From contig JADGPZ010000004.1 of the NCBI GenBank assembly GCA_017882165.1, positions 1-58,824 of the forward strand: a stretch of 58,824 nt of DNA, given 5' to 3'. Source of the DNA: Candidatus Kapaibacterium sp. Its GTDB lineage: Bacteria; Bacteroidota; Ignavibacteria; Palsa-1295. A program made the position numbers and the translations under genes. This document shows positions 37,474 through 46,508 of this stretch, in pieces. The stretch's first letter is position 1, and each line of letters begins with the position of its first letter. The notes beneath the pieces are model-generated. The model was not told where the DNA came from, searched no databases, and saw only the letters and a list, made by a program, of their open reading frames with translations.

Positions 37474-38237
37474 GGTCGCTTGATCTTATCCAAAACGATC
37501 GAGATCGAGCCAATGGCGATTTTCATGTCGATGCGGACGGGGATGGCAGCGGCATCATCTGTGACGTAGGCGGTGAAGGCACCGTTTGCCCCGAGTGGAG
37601 AGGACGTACCCATCTTCATCATGCCTTTGAGGACACGGGTATGAATCACCTGATCGCCATACGCCGGGACTTGCTCATCGGAGAAAGTACTGGTAAAGTC
37701 GACGGTTACTGGGTATTCCCCCGTGTGATCGCGAACGTGGAAGAGATACTTGTGCCCGGCGGCACCACTCCACGCACGCATTTGAAAGAGTATTCCAAGC
37801 GCATCGTCAAATGGCTGAATGTTCGACGTGACCCTGTTTGTAACCTCGCGATCCGAATAGGTCAGCGTTTTGGCATCCGGATCGTAGGTCAAGAACTTGA
37901 AGAATTTCCCATCGACATTCTCGATGTGCTCTTCGAAACTCCTGATGGTAAGGTCGCGGGTATCAAATTGATCGGTAATGCTCGTCCTTGTGTGCAAGAA
38001 TGGCACGTCGGCGGTCCAGAACTCCATATGGGCGATGGCCGTCCCGTCGATCACTTTCCCCGTCTGAATAATGACCGTCCCGAGCTTGATAAAGCCGTAC
38101 TTGACCTTATAGACCAACCGCTCATCCGGATGGAATACCTCTTTGCGAGCGGCCTGCGCTCGCGAGAAATCGCTACTGGACACTGAGAGTGCGCCAATCA
38201 GGATGATCGTCGAGAGGTATCGCATGTTTCTCGCCAT
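37470..38237 (-). CDS. secreted DUF3108-like protein
   Basis: Signal peptide after the ATG at 38237 (MARNMRYLSTIILIGALSVSS). ERLVYKVKYGFIKLGTVII… resembles DUF3108. The family call is tentative. Confidence 0.6.
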   Translation of the reverse strand: MARNMRYLSTIILIGALSVSSSDFSRAQAARKEVFHPDERLVYKVKYGFIKLGTVIIQTGKVIDGTAIAHMEFWTADVPFLHTRTSITDQFDTRDLTIRSFEEHIENVDGKFFKFLTYDPDAKTLTYSDREVTNRVTSNIQPFDDALGILFQMRAWSGAAGHKYLFHVRDHTGEYPVTVDFTSTFSDEQVPAYGDQVIHTRVLKGMMKMGTSSPLGANGAFTAYVTDDAAAIPVRIDMKIAIGSISIVLDKIKRP

Positions 38238-38610
38238 GTTGCCCTTCTCTACCATCTGGCCGTCAAGAACGTTTCCGCTGTCCGCAGTAGACCGAGCGTT
38301 CACGCTGGCATCTGGACTCCGGGAAACATTTTAGGGTTGCCCGTGTAGAACCGTGTGTGAAAGGGTAGTCATCCATGGTGGATGAGTCCTTGCGAAAGCG
38401 GAATCATCTACGTTCACAATAGCCGTCAATACCTTGCCGGGATGTAATCTCTGCCGCCTAAGCCCCGGGCTTCGCAGACACGCGGCATGTACATTGACCG
38501 GTGGATCGTTCGTGATTTGCGCCCGAATGTTCGACTGCGAATCGCGTTCTCCTCACTCATGGGTGAGACCCTTGCGTAGCACTTACACCTGAATAGCTGG
38601 ACACAGAGCC

Positions 38611-40602
38611 ATGGTACTTAACACATTTCGACTGATCCGTCAGAACATGACCGTTGCCGCATCGGCGACTGCACTCCTGGCAATGCTTCTCCTCGCACCG
38701 CGAACCTTCGCCCAGACTGGAGCCACGACCGCGACGGCCGAGAAGCCCACCTGGCCGACGACCTTGACGCTCGGTTTCGGCGGTGCCGCGAACGGGAACT
38801 TGCAAGCCTCTGGAACCTACGCGACCAACGACCCGCTCGATTCATTCAAGACGCTCGGTTATAGTCAAAGCCACTTCTTCACTTCGCCCGAATTCCACAT
38901 TCTCGCGGAGATCCCAATCGCGGAGAACTGGATGTTCGCGCCGCGAATCGCATACAACGATTACAGCATGCGCTGGGACTCGGCTTCACAAGGTGTAACG
39001 GGCAAGAATCCGGGACTCGCGGTTTCCCAGGCCGTAATCGGAGCCGATCTTCTTTTCAAATACGCCTTTAGCAACTTCCATCTGATGGCTGGCCCGAACC
39101 TATCGATCCCGATCCACAGCCCGTATTATGCCCACAGCCAGTCGGTGTCGGATGCGTCCAATCACAATACCCCAAACTCAGGCACCGTGCCGGATTATTC
39201 CACATTCCTGGTGAGTCTGAAGGGCGGACTCGGTTATGACATCCCGCTCAATTCCAGCAACACCATCTGGCTCACGCCGGAAGCCTTCTTGACGTATAAC
39301 CTAACGGACTACGTCCAGCAGCCGAATCCACCGGGCATGACGCTCTTCCCATTCACAATGTCGGCGGGCGCGAGCCTCAAGTTTGCACTTGCGGGGCCGC
39401 CACCCCCTCCGCCTCCGGCGGTGTCCGTCGTAGTCAAGATCACCGCGCATGGCGTCATGGCCGATGGCTCGCTCACGCCGGATCCTGTCGTACCGCAACA
39501 GGCGCTCCACACGCGAAGCTCGGTGCCGCTGTTGCCATACATCTTCTTCGACGATAATTCATCTGCGATCAGCACGCGCTACTCGCGCAGCGGAGCGACC
39601 GGATACAGCTCGCAAACCGCGCTCAATGGCAAAAACGCGCTCGAAGCAAATCACGAGTTGCTCGACATCACCGGCGAGCGATTGAAGAACAATCCATCCT
39701 GGAAAGTACAACTGGTTGGAACGAACGCGAACGCGAAAGACGAAAAGAACAACATTGCGCTTTCGAAAGCCCGCGCAACCGCCGTTGCCGATTACTTGAT
39801 TAACACATGGGGCATCGACCGGAGCCGCATCACGATCGATCAGCGCAACCTGCCGGAGCTTCCAACGAATCCCGTCACGAAGGCCGGAATGCAGGAGAAC
39901 CGCCGCGTTGAGGTCCGCTCCACGAGTGCCGATCTGACCGCACCGGTCAAGATCGAGGATCGCCAGGCGCTGAGCGTCGGAGCGACCGAAGTTCGCTACG
40001 ATATTAGCCTTACTCCCGATCCGGCAACGCATCATTACAAGAGCTGGGCGATCACGCTCGATAAGGACGGCACAACAATCGGTACCCCGATTGCGGGCCT
40101 CGGCGCGCCACCAGCCTCGGAAACAACATCCATCCCGGATGCCGGGAAGTACTTGAATCAGCCGATCCATTACACGGTCGTTGTCACGGATGAGGACGGT
40201 CAGACCACCAAAGGCGAGGGCCTTACGCGTGTCGTTGCGAAGACGGTCGATCGCGATAATCTCGAGAAGTTCGCGATGCTCTCGTTCGATTTCGACAGGG
40301 CGGACATCAACCAGCGCGCGCGCCAGATGTTGCAACTCATCAGCGAGAGCATCAGCCGCGATGCCACCAGCGTCAAGATCGATGGCTTCTGCGATCAGAC
40401 GGGCTCTGCGGATTATAACCAGTCGCTCAGCGAAGCACGCGCGAATACCGCGATTACGACGCTCCGCTCAATGACGAGCCTCCCGGCCAACGTCACCGTT
40501 CATGGCCACGGCTTCCGCGACCTGCGGTTTGACAACGAACTTCCCGAAGGCCGTCAGCTCGATCGCCGCGTGGAAATCACCATCGATAAATCGACTCATT
40601 AG
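38611..40602 (+). CDS. outer-membrane protein with N-terminal beta-barrel, poly-Pro linker and two OmpA/MotB-like C-terminal domains
   Basis: Signal peptide (…LLLAPRTFAQ), alternating beta-strand region, PPPPPPPA linker, and two OmpA-like cores (NRRVEV… and DYNQSLSEARA…GRQLDRRVEI). Confidence 0.85.
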   Translation: MVLNTFRLIRQNMTVAASATALLAMLLLAPRTFAQTGATTATAEKPTWPTTLTLGFGGAANGNLQASGTYATNDPLDSFKTLGYSQSHFFTSPEFHILAEIPIAENWMFAPRIAYNDYSMRWDSASQGVTGKNPGLAVSQAVIGADLLFKYAFSNFHLMAGPNLSIPIHSPYYAHSQSVSDASNHNTPNSGTVPDYSTFLVSLKGGLGYDIPLNSSNTIWLTPEAFLTYNLTDYVQQPNPPGMTLFPFTMSAGASLKFALAGPPPPPPPAVSVVVKITAHGVMADGSLTPDPVVPQQALHTRSSVPLLPYIFFDDNSSAISTRYSRSGATGYSSQTALNGKNALEANHELLDITGERLKNNPSWKVQLVGTNANAKDEKNNIALSKARATAVADYLINTWGIDRSRITIDQRNLPELPTNPVTKAGMQENRRVEVRSTSADLTAPVKIEDRQALSVGATEVRYDISLTPDPATHHYKSWAITLDKDGTTIGTPIAGLGAPPASETTSIPDAGKYLNQPIHYTVVVTDEDGQTTKGEGLTRVVAKTVDRDNLEKFAMLSFDFDRADINQRARQMLQLISESISRDATSVKIDGFCDQTGSADYNQSLSEARANTAITTLRSMTSLPANVTVHGHGFRDLRFDNELPEGRQLDRRVEITIDKSTH

Positions 40603-40628
40603 AGCGATTCACTCTCTCAGAAACCAAG

Positions 40629-40652
40629 AGGGCACGCCGGTTGGCGTGCCCT
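40629..40652. terminator. 10-bp GC-rich hairpin between convergent genes (bidirectional terminator candidate)
   Basis: AGGGCACGCC-ggtt-GGCGTGCCCT. Weak T tracts on both sides. Confidence 0.5.
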
Positions 40653-40708
40653 TCGACTATTGAATCTATAGATTCCATGGATTGGATGCTCGCATTCGAG
40701 CGAAATCG

Positions 40709-40987
40709 CTATCCTTGCATCGGCGGCGGGATCGGTTGGGGCTGTGGCATGGGGTTGCCCGGAACTGGATTGCCCGGAACTGGATTCGGCGCAGGATCCG
40801 GAAAGGTAGCGGGACGACCCGGCTGGTCTGGAGGAGGCGTGGGTGTGCTCGGCGGCGGAACGCTCGGCGGTGGAACGCTCGGCGGCGGAACGCTCGGTGG
40901 CGGAACGCTCGGTGGCGGAACCGGATGTTGTGTGGTTATCATAGGTCTTATAGGATTTATATGTCCTATTGAACATTCCATCAGCAA
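40709..40987 (-). CDS. possible proline-rich small protein (VPPPS x5); coding status uncertain
   Basis: The only frame of the tandem-repeat region that is convergent with the ompA-like gene across the hairpin. No signal peptide and no SD. Two other frames are also open. Confidence 0.3.
   Translation of the reverse strand: MLMECSIGHINPIRPMITTQHPVPPPSVPPPSVPPPSVPPPSVPPPSTPTPPPDQPGRPATFPDPAPNPVPGNPVPGNPMPQPQPIPPPMQG
40847..40921. repeat. 5 x 15-nt tandem repeat (GCTCGGCGGCGGAAC-like)
   Basis: Five near-identical 15-mers. An adjacent 2 x 15-nt repeat TTGCCCGGAACTGGA lies at 40755-40784. Confidence 0.95.
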
Positions 40988-41232
40988 GGCCCGTGCCGCA
41001 ATCTGAAAATCCCGTCACGAACTTTCGGCGAAAGAAGCGCTGTTGAGCAGGTGTTCATTTTGTGAGATCGCGGTGTTAATGAGGGGGTGATCGGCCGTGT
41101 TTGTTAGCGGCCGAAATCTCATGCGAAACTTCATGCCGCGCCAAAACGTACTCAAAAGGGAACATTAACCAAACTACCGAAGCGTCGTCACAATCGCGTC
41201 AGCGTCTCCGTTCAGCTAATCCATTCAAAGTT

Positions 41233-42885
41233 ATGTCGAAGTTTTACTACAATCCCCGCCGCCTCGCTGTGACCGCTGTGGTCTTGGTGGTCGTAAGCGC
41301 GTTGCTGGGCACGCGTATCGAACGCGCGTTCAGTGACGACAACATTTTGGAGCAGGAGAAGAAGTACGGAGATGTACTGAGCATGGTCCAGCACTATTAC
41401 GTCGACAAAGTGAATGTCGGCGAGCTGAACGATGCCGCCATCGTCGGCTTGCTCGGCAAGCTCGATCCGCACTCGGTGTATATGCCGCCGAAGAATGTGA
41501 AGGAGCAGGATGAGTCGTTCAGCGGCCACTTCGAGGGCATCGGCGTCTCGTTCATAATCCTGAAGGACACCATTACGGTCGATTCTCCGGTCCCCGGTGG
41601 TCCGAGCGAGCGACTGGGCATTCACGCGGGAGATAAGATCGTGACGATCAACGATTCCTCTGCGCTCAAGATGAACGAGGATGACGTTCGCAAACACTTG
41701 CGTGGTCCGAAGGGGACAAAAGTTACGGTCGGCATCGTGCGCTACGGACAGGCCCAGCCAATGAGCTTTACCATTACGCGCGATGTGATCCCGCTCGTGA
41801 GTATCATGGCGCATTTCATGGTCGATCCAACGACCGGCTACGTGGAGATCGGCCGCTTCGTTAGCACGACGCACACCGAGTTGCTGGACGCGCTGAACGA
41901 TCTTCGGTCAGACGGTATGCAGAGGCTCATTCTCGATCTGCGCGGAAATCCCGGCGGGTACTTAGAGCAAGCCGTGCAGGTGGCCGACGAGTTCATCGGT
42001 GGAAACAAGACCATTGTTTATACCAAGGGCCGCGTCTCGAATTTCGACGATATTCAAGTCTCGCAGCCGGGACAAGCCTACGAGAAGACCCCACTTGTCG
42101 TGCTCGTGGATAACGGTTCGGCCAGCGCGAGCGAAATCGTGAGCGGCGCCTTACAGGATTTGGACCGTGCGGTGATCGTTGGGCAAACCACGTTCGGCAA
42201 AGGCCTCGTGCAGCGGCAGTTCCCACTGGCGGATGGCAGCGCAGTACGGCTGACGATCTCCCGCTATTACACACCCAGCGGCCGGTCCATTCAGCGGCCG
42301 TATGACGGCGCACATTATATGAAGTCTACCACGTCGCAGGACGATGATGAGGATAACTACTCGCACTCCTTCGATGTGAGCACTGGTGTACCAGACACGT
42401 CGCGTCCTAAATTCAAAACGGCGGCGGGTCGCACGATCTACGGCGGCGGCGGTATCACGCCGGACTTCATTGTTCGCAACGACACGTCGCAAATGACCAC
42501 CCGGAAACTGCGGGCGGCCGGCATTCTTTCCGACTTCGTCGAGCAGTATGTGACCGAGCATGTTGCCAAGATCAAGGTAAGCGACGGCACAAAGGCTCGC
42601 GACAGCGCGAATTTCATTAATAACTTCAAGATAGAATCCGGCTGGGCGGACAAGATTCTGGCTTCAGCAAAGGAAGTAAAAAATGGCAAACCCCGCGTGG
42701 AGGTAAATATGAAAGAGTTCAACATCGACCGCGGTTGGATGGAGACCGAACTCAAAGCCGCAATCGGCGGACGGATCTTCGGATACAATGTTGCAACCAT
42801 GCTGCTGCTGCCCTACGATCGGCAGTATCAGAAGGCTTATGGCGTGCTTGGCGAGGCGGGCAATCTCGAGGCCGCGTATAAGTAG
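41233..42885 (+). CDS. ctpA: carboxy-terminal processing protease (S41A)
   Basis: The ATG at 41233 gives a membrane anchor. PDZ domain. NGSASASEIVSGALQD (Ser) and TFGKGLVQ (Lys) catalytic dyad. Confidence 0.9.
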   Translation: MSKFYYNPRRLAVTAVVLVVVSALLGTRIERAFSDDNILEQEKKYGDVLSMVQHYYVDKVNVGELNDAAIVGLLGKLDPHSVYMPPKNVKEQDESFSGHFEGIGVSFIILKDTITVDSPVPGGPSERLGIHAGDKIVTINDSSALKMNEDDVRKHLRGPKGTKVTVGIVRYGQAQPMSFTITRDVIPLVSIMAHFMVDPTTGYVEIGRFVSTTHTELLDALNDLRSDGMQRLILDLRGNPGGYLEQAVQVADEFIGGNKTIVYTKGRVSNFDDIQVSQPGQAYEKTPLVVLVDNGSASASEIVSGALQDLDRAVIVGQTTFGKGLVQRQFPLADGSAVRLTISRYYTPSGRSIQRPYDGAHYMKSTTSQDDDEDNYSHSFDVSTGVPDTSRPKFKTAAGRTIYGGGGITPDFIVRNDTSQMTTRKLRAAGILSDFVEQYVTEHVAKIKVSDGTKARDSANFINNFKIESGWADKILASAKEVKNGKPRVEVNMKEFNIDRGWMETELKAAIGGRIFGYNVATMLLLPYDRQYQKAYGVLGEAGNLEAAYK

Positions 42886-42911
42886 AGTCCTTTCAGGGAC
42901 GTAACGGACGA

Positions 42912-42945
42912 AAGGGATCTAAGATTTAGATCCCTTTTGTATTTT
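42912..42945 (+). terminator. rho-independent terminator of ctpA
   Basis: AAGGGATCTAA-gat-TTAGATCCCTT followed by TTGTATTTT. Confidence 0.8.
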
Positions 42946-42995
42946 GGGTCGCTGAGTTCAGGATTCTCTCTCCATTGATTTCAGTTTTCCGAACC

Positions 42996-43727
42996 ATGGC
43001 TACATCACGAAAGGCAAGCGGAATTCCGGACGAACCTGCTCCAATGTTCGACGGCTTCTCCAAAGAGACATTCAAGTTTCTTCATGGGCTAAAGAAGAAC
43101 AACAACAAGGAGTGGTTCGAAGCGCACCGCGATGAGTACGAGCGTTCTCTCCGCGAACCATCGAAAGCGCTTGCCTACGCGATGGGCCAGTACTTCCGAT
43201 CGCATGACATGCCGGTCACCGGAAGTGCGAAGACCTCACTCTTCCGTATCAACCGCGACATCCGGTTCAGCAAGGATAAGTCTCCATACAAGACGCACAT
43301 TGGACTTTCCTTCCCACTCGAAGGCACGAAGAAGGAAGAGTGGTGCGGATATTACATCGGCTTCGAACCGGCGAAGAGTGGGAAAGGAATGCACGTTTAT
43401 GTCGGCGGCGGAGTCTACATGCCTATGCCGCCATATCTCAAACGCATCCGCGCCAAGATTGCGAATGACCACGCGGCGCTAAAGAAACTGCTCGCGGCGC
43501 CGGCGTTCAAGAAGCGTTTCCCAAAAGGTCTCGAAGGCGAATCGCTGAAGCGCATCCCCGTCGGTTACGCCGAGGACCATCCAGCGGCACAATGGCTGAA
43601 GCTGAAGAGCTTCATCTTCGGATTTGATCTTGCCGAGGGCGATCTTCTGAGCGAGGATTTGCCGGAGATACTGGGAAAGAACTTCAAGGTTGCGCTACCA
43701 GTGGTGATGTTTTTTGGAAGAGCATGA
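42996..43727 (+). CDS. DUF2461 (TIGR02453-like) family protein
   Basis: FLHGLKKNNNKEWFEAHRDEYE…RINRDIRFSKDKSPYKTH. The start may be 42996 or 43044. Confidence 0.8.
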   Translation: MATSRKASGIPDEPAPMFDGFSKETFKFLHGLKKNNNKEWFEAHRDEYERSLREPSKALAYAMGQYFRSHDMPVTGSAKTSLFRINRDIRFSKDKSPYKTHIGLSFPLEGTKKEEWCGYYIGFEPAKSGKGMHVYVGGGVYMPMPPYLKRIRAKIANDHAALKKLLAAPAFKKRFPKGLEGESLKRIPVGYAEDHPAAQWLKLKSFIFGFDLAEGDLLSEDLPEILGKNFKVALPVVMFFGRA

Positions 43728-44917
43728 TGGATACACTCGCCGCCAAGTACCGCTCGCACTTCCCGATCCTCGGAACCTCCTGCTACCTCATATCGAACTC
43801 GCTCGGCGCGATGCCGCGTGAAGTCGAGAGCGAGCTTCAGGAATACACGAAGATCTGGCAGACCGAGGGTGTCGAGTCATGGCATACGTGGTTTCCGTTC
43901 GTCGATGAAGTAAGTGGACTTGTTGCAAGCTTGATCGGAGCGGACGCGAAAGATGTCACGCTCATCCATAACCTCACCATCGGCTCCGCGCTGATTGCAT
44001 CGTGTCTCGATTTTAGTGGCAAGCGAAACAAGGTCGTCTATTCCGACTTACACTTTCCAACGATTTCCTATCTCTGGCAAGGCTGGCGAAAGTATGGTGC
44101 CATACCTCACGTGATCGAGAGCGATGGCATTTGGACCGAGACGGAGAAGTACATTGAAGCGATCGATGAGAACACAAAGCTTGTCGCGCTTTCGCATGTC
44201 TATTTCCGCTCGGGCGGATTGCAGGACATCAAACCGATCATCGAGCACGCACATAAGATGGGCGCGCTCGTCATGGTCGATTCGTATCAGGCGGCCGGTG
44301 TTGTTCCGATCGATGTGAAGGCACTCGACTGCGATATTCTCGCAACTGGCGTCCTCAAGTGGCTCTGTGGCGGACCCGGTGCAGCGTTCATGTATGTCCG
44401 GCCTGACCTGCAGGAGCAATTCCTGCCGGCGATTCGCGGCTGGCTGGGCGATAAAGAGCCATTCGAATTCCACATGCCGAGTGTGACGTTCGAGCACGGG
44501 ATGCATCGCTTCCTGACATCGAGCATTCAAGTGCCGTGCCTGCACACAGCTCGGCCAGCACTCCGGATGTTCAATGAAATCGGCATCGACGCGATCCGGG
44601 AGAAATCACTCCAACTCACTGACCGTTTGATTGCGAAAGCGGACGAGCATGGATTCGCTATCAATTCCCCGCGCGAGGCATCACGGCGCGGTGGCGCGCT
44701 AACAATCGATCCCGTGGCGCAGGCTTCCAGCCTGCGAGCGCGGGCAGGAAGCCCGCGCCACGCGACCAAAGACATTTGCGACGAGTTGATCCGACGCCGC
44801 TTCATCGTTGACTATCGCCCGCCGCTCGGCATCCGCATCGCACCACACTTTTACAACGCGCTGGACGAGATCGACGCGGTTATTCAAGAAATGCGGCGAA
44901 TCCTCGACGGAAATTAG
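43724..44917 (+). CDS. kynureninase-like class V PLP-dependent enzyme (carries an in-frame repeat insertion)
   Basis: Start overlaps the upstream stop (ATGATG). …NSLGAMP…, DSYQAAG, GVLKWLCGGPGAAFMYV (PLP-Lys region). Confidence 0.8.
   Translation: MMDTLAAKYRSHFPILGTSCYLISNSLGAMPREVESELQEYTKIWQTEGVESWHTWFPFVDEVSGLVASLIGADAKDVTLIHNLTIGSALIASCLDFSGKRNKVVYSDLHFPTISYLWQGWRKYGAIPHVIESDGIWTETEKYIEAIDENTKLVALSHVYFRSGGLQDIKPIIEHAHKMGALVMVDSYQAAGVVPIDVKALDCDILATGVLKWLCGGPGAAFMYVRPDLQEQFLPAIRGWLGDKEPFEFHMPSVTFEHGMHRFLTSSIQVPCLHTARPALRMFNEIGIDAIREKSLQLTDRLIAKADEHGFAINSPREASRRGGALTIDPVAQASSLRARAGSPRHATKDICDELIRRRFIVDYRPPLGIRIAPHFYNALDEIDAVIQEMRRILDGN
44713..44762 (+). repeat. GC-rich palindromic element inserted in frame (copy 2)
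   Basis: CGTGGCGCAGGCTTCCAGCCTGCGAGCGCGGGCAGGAAGCCCGCGCCACG, same orientation and same frame as the tldD copy. Encodes VAQASSLRARAGSPRH. Confidence 0.85.
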
Positions 44918-45078
44918 CCGTCTAAGGGCACTCGGGACTGCCCTATTTGCGTGGGAGCAAACCCTTCGTTCCGCTGTTTAGGGCCATCGTTACGGATAGC
45001 GGGTAAGGGAGAGTGCCATCGAGGGTCCTCGATTTTCTTTCCGTTCTTCGCGATCCACTTTTCACAATCCACTACCAC

Positions 45079-46386
45079 GTGAACATCTCAATAATTGGAA
45101 CCGGCTACGTCGGGCTTGTGACCGGCGCTGGATTTGCCGAGACCGGCAATCAGGTGCTCTGCATGGACATCATCCCCGAGAAGGTCGAGAACCTTCGCAA
45201 GGGGATCATCCCGATCTTCGAGCCGGGTCTCGAAGAACTCGTGAAGTTCAATGTCCAGGAAGGCCGACTCAAGTTTACGCTCGATCTGAAAGAAGCGGTC
45301 GATCACGCCGAGGTGATTTTTCTCGCGCTGCCGACGCCTCCGGGCGCGGATGGCGCGGCCGATCTCTCGATGGTCCTCGAAACCGCGAAAGCGATCGCGC
45401 AGCTTGCGACCGAACCGAAAGTTGTGGTCAACAAATCAACGGTACCGGTCGGGACAGCCGCTCGCGTGCGAGCGATCTTCGAAGGTGCAACCAACATTCC
45501 GATCGCAGTTGTCTCGAATCCGGAATTCCTGAAAGAGGGCGCGGCAGTACAGGACTTCATGAAGCCCGACCGCATTGTCGTTGGCTCGCGCGATCCGGGT
45601 GCGATCATGGTGATGAAGGAGCTGTACGAGCCCTTCGTCCGCACCGGCAACCCGATCTACATCATGGACGAGAAGTCGTCCGAACTGACGAAATACGCAG
45701 CGAACTCATTGCTGGCGACCAAGATCAGCTTTATGAATGAGATCGCGAATCTCTGCGATCTCGTCGGCGCGGATGTCGAGCATGTCCGCATTGGAGTCGG
45801 CTCGGATGGCCGCATTGGGCCGCAGTTTCTTTTCCCCGGCGTCGGCTATGGCGGAAGTTGCTTCCCGAAGGATATCAAGGCGCTCGTCAAGACTGCGGAA
45901 GAACTCGGGCATGACTTCTCGATCCTGAAGGCCGTCGAGGCAGCGAACGACCGGCAGAAGACACAACTGCTCCGCAAGATTTTGCTGCACTATAACGGCG
46001 ATATTGCCGGCAAGACGTTCACGGTGTGGGGTCTGGCGTTCAAGCCACGCACGGATGACATCCGCGAAGCGCCCGCGATTGAAATTATTAACGGACTCCT
46101 CGCGAGCGGCGCACGCGTACACGCAAGCGATCCGGCCGCGATCACGCCGATGAAGAGTGTCCTGCCCGAGTCAGAGAGTCTCAAGTATTTTCGCAAAAAC
46201 ACGGATGCGCTCGAAGGAAGTGATGCGCTCGTCGTCGTAACGGAGTGGAATGAATTCCGCAACCCGAACTTCGAGATGATCGCGGAGAAGCTCCGCGACA
46301 AAGTCATCTTCGATGGCCGAAACGTCTATGACCCCGAGCGGATGCGCGAGTTCGGGTTTACGTATTATGGGATCGGGAGGCGATAA
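45079..46386 (+). CDS. ugd: UDP-glucose 6-dehydrogenase
   Basis: GTG start gives VNISIIGTGYVGLVTGAGFAE (Rossmann fold). Catalytic GYGGSCFPKD. Confidence 0.95.
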   Translation: MNISIIGTGYVGLVTGAGFAETGNQVLCMDIIPEKVENLRKGIIPIFEPGLEELVKFNVQEGRLKFTLDLKEAVDHAEVIFLALPTPPGADGAADLSMVLETAKAIAQLATEPKVVVNKSTVPVGTAARVRAIFEGATNIPIAVVSNPEFLKEGAAVQDFMKPDRIVVGSRDPGAIMVMKELYEPFVRTGNPIYIMDEKSSELTKYAANSLLATKISFMNEIANLCDLVGADVEHVRIGVGSDGRIGPQFLFPGVGYGGSCFPKDIKALVKTAEELGHDFSILKAVEAANDRQKTQLLRKILLHYNGDIAGKTFTVWGLAFKPRTDDIREAPAIEIINGLLASGARVHASDPAAITPMKSVLPESESLKYFRKNTDALEGSDALVVVTEWNEFRNPNFEMIAEKLRDKVIFDGRNVYDPERMREFGFTYYGIGRR

Positions 46387-46436
46387 GGCATTCGCTGTGC
46401 ACTAAGCATTTGCGAGCGAATCGTTTTGATAAATCA

Positions 46437-46476
46437 GAAGAGGCCAGCAACCTTAGGTTGCTGGCCTCTTCGTTTT
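46437..46476. terminator. strong bidirectional terminator between ugd and the Kelch adhesin gene
   Basis: Perfect 16-bp stem GAAGAGGCCAGCAACC-tta-GGTTGCTGGCCTCTTC, followed by GTTTTG on the plus strand. Confidence 0.85.
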
Positions 46477-46508
46477 GAACTCTCAACTCGATGGTTGAAA
46501 TTGTCTCC

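Noticed and set aside
40641-41006. Glycine-rich plus-strand ORF, and the ERSA-repeat minus-strand ORF (40617-41018) over the 15-nt repeats
   Set aside because: The plus ORF starts inside the ompA-gene terminator hairpin. The other minus frame has no plausible start context. Neither can be distinguished from repeat read-through.
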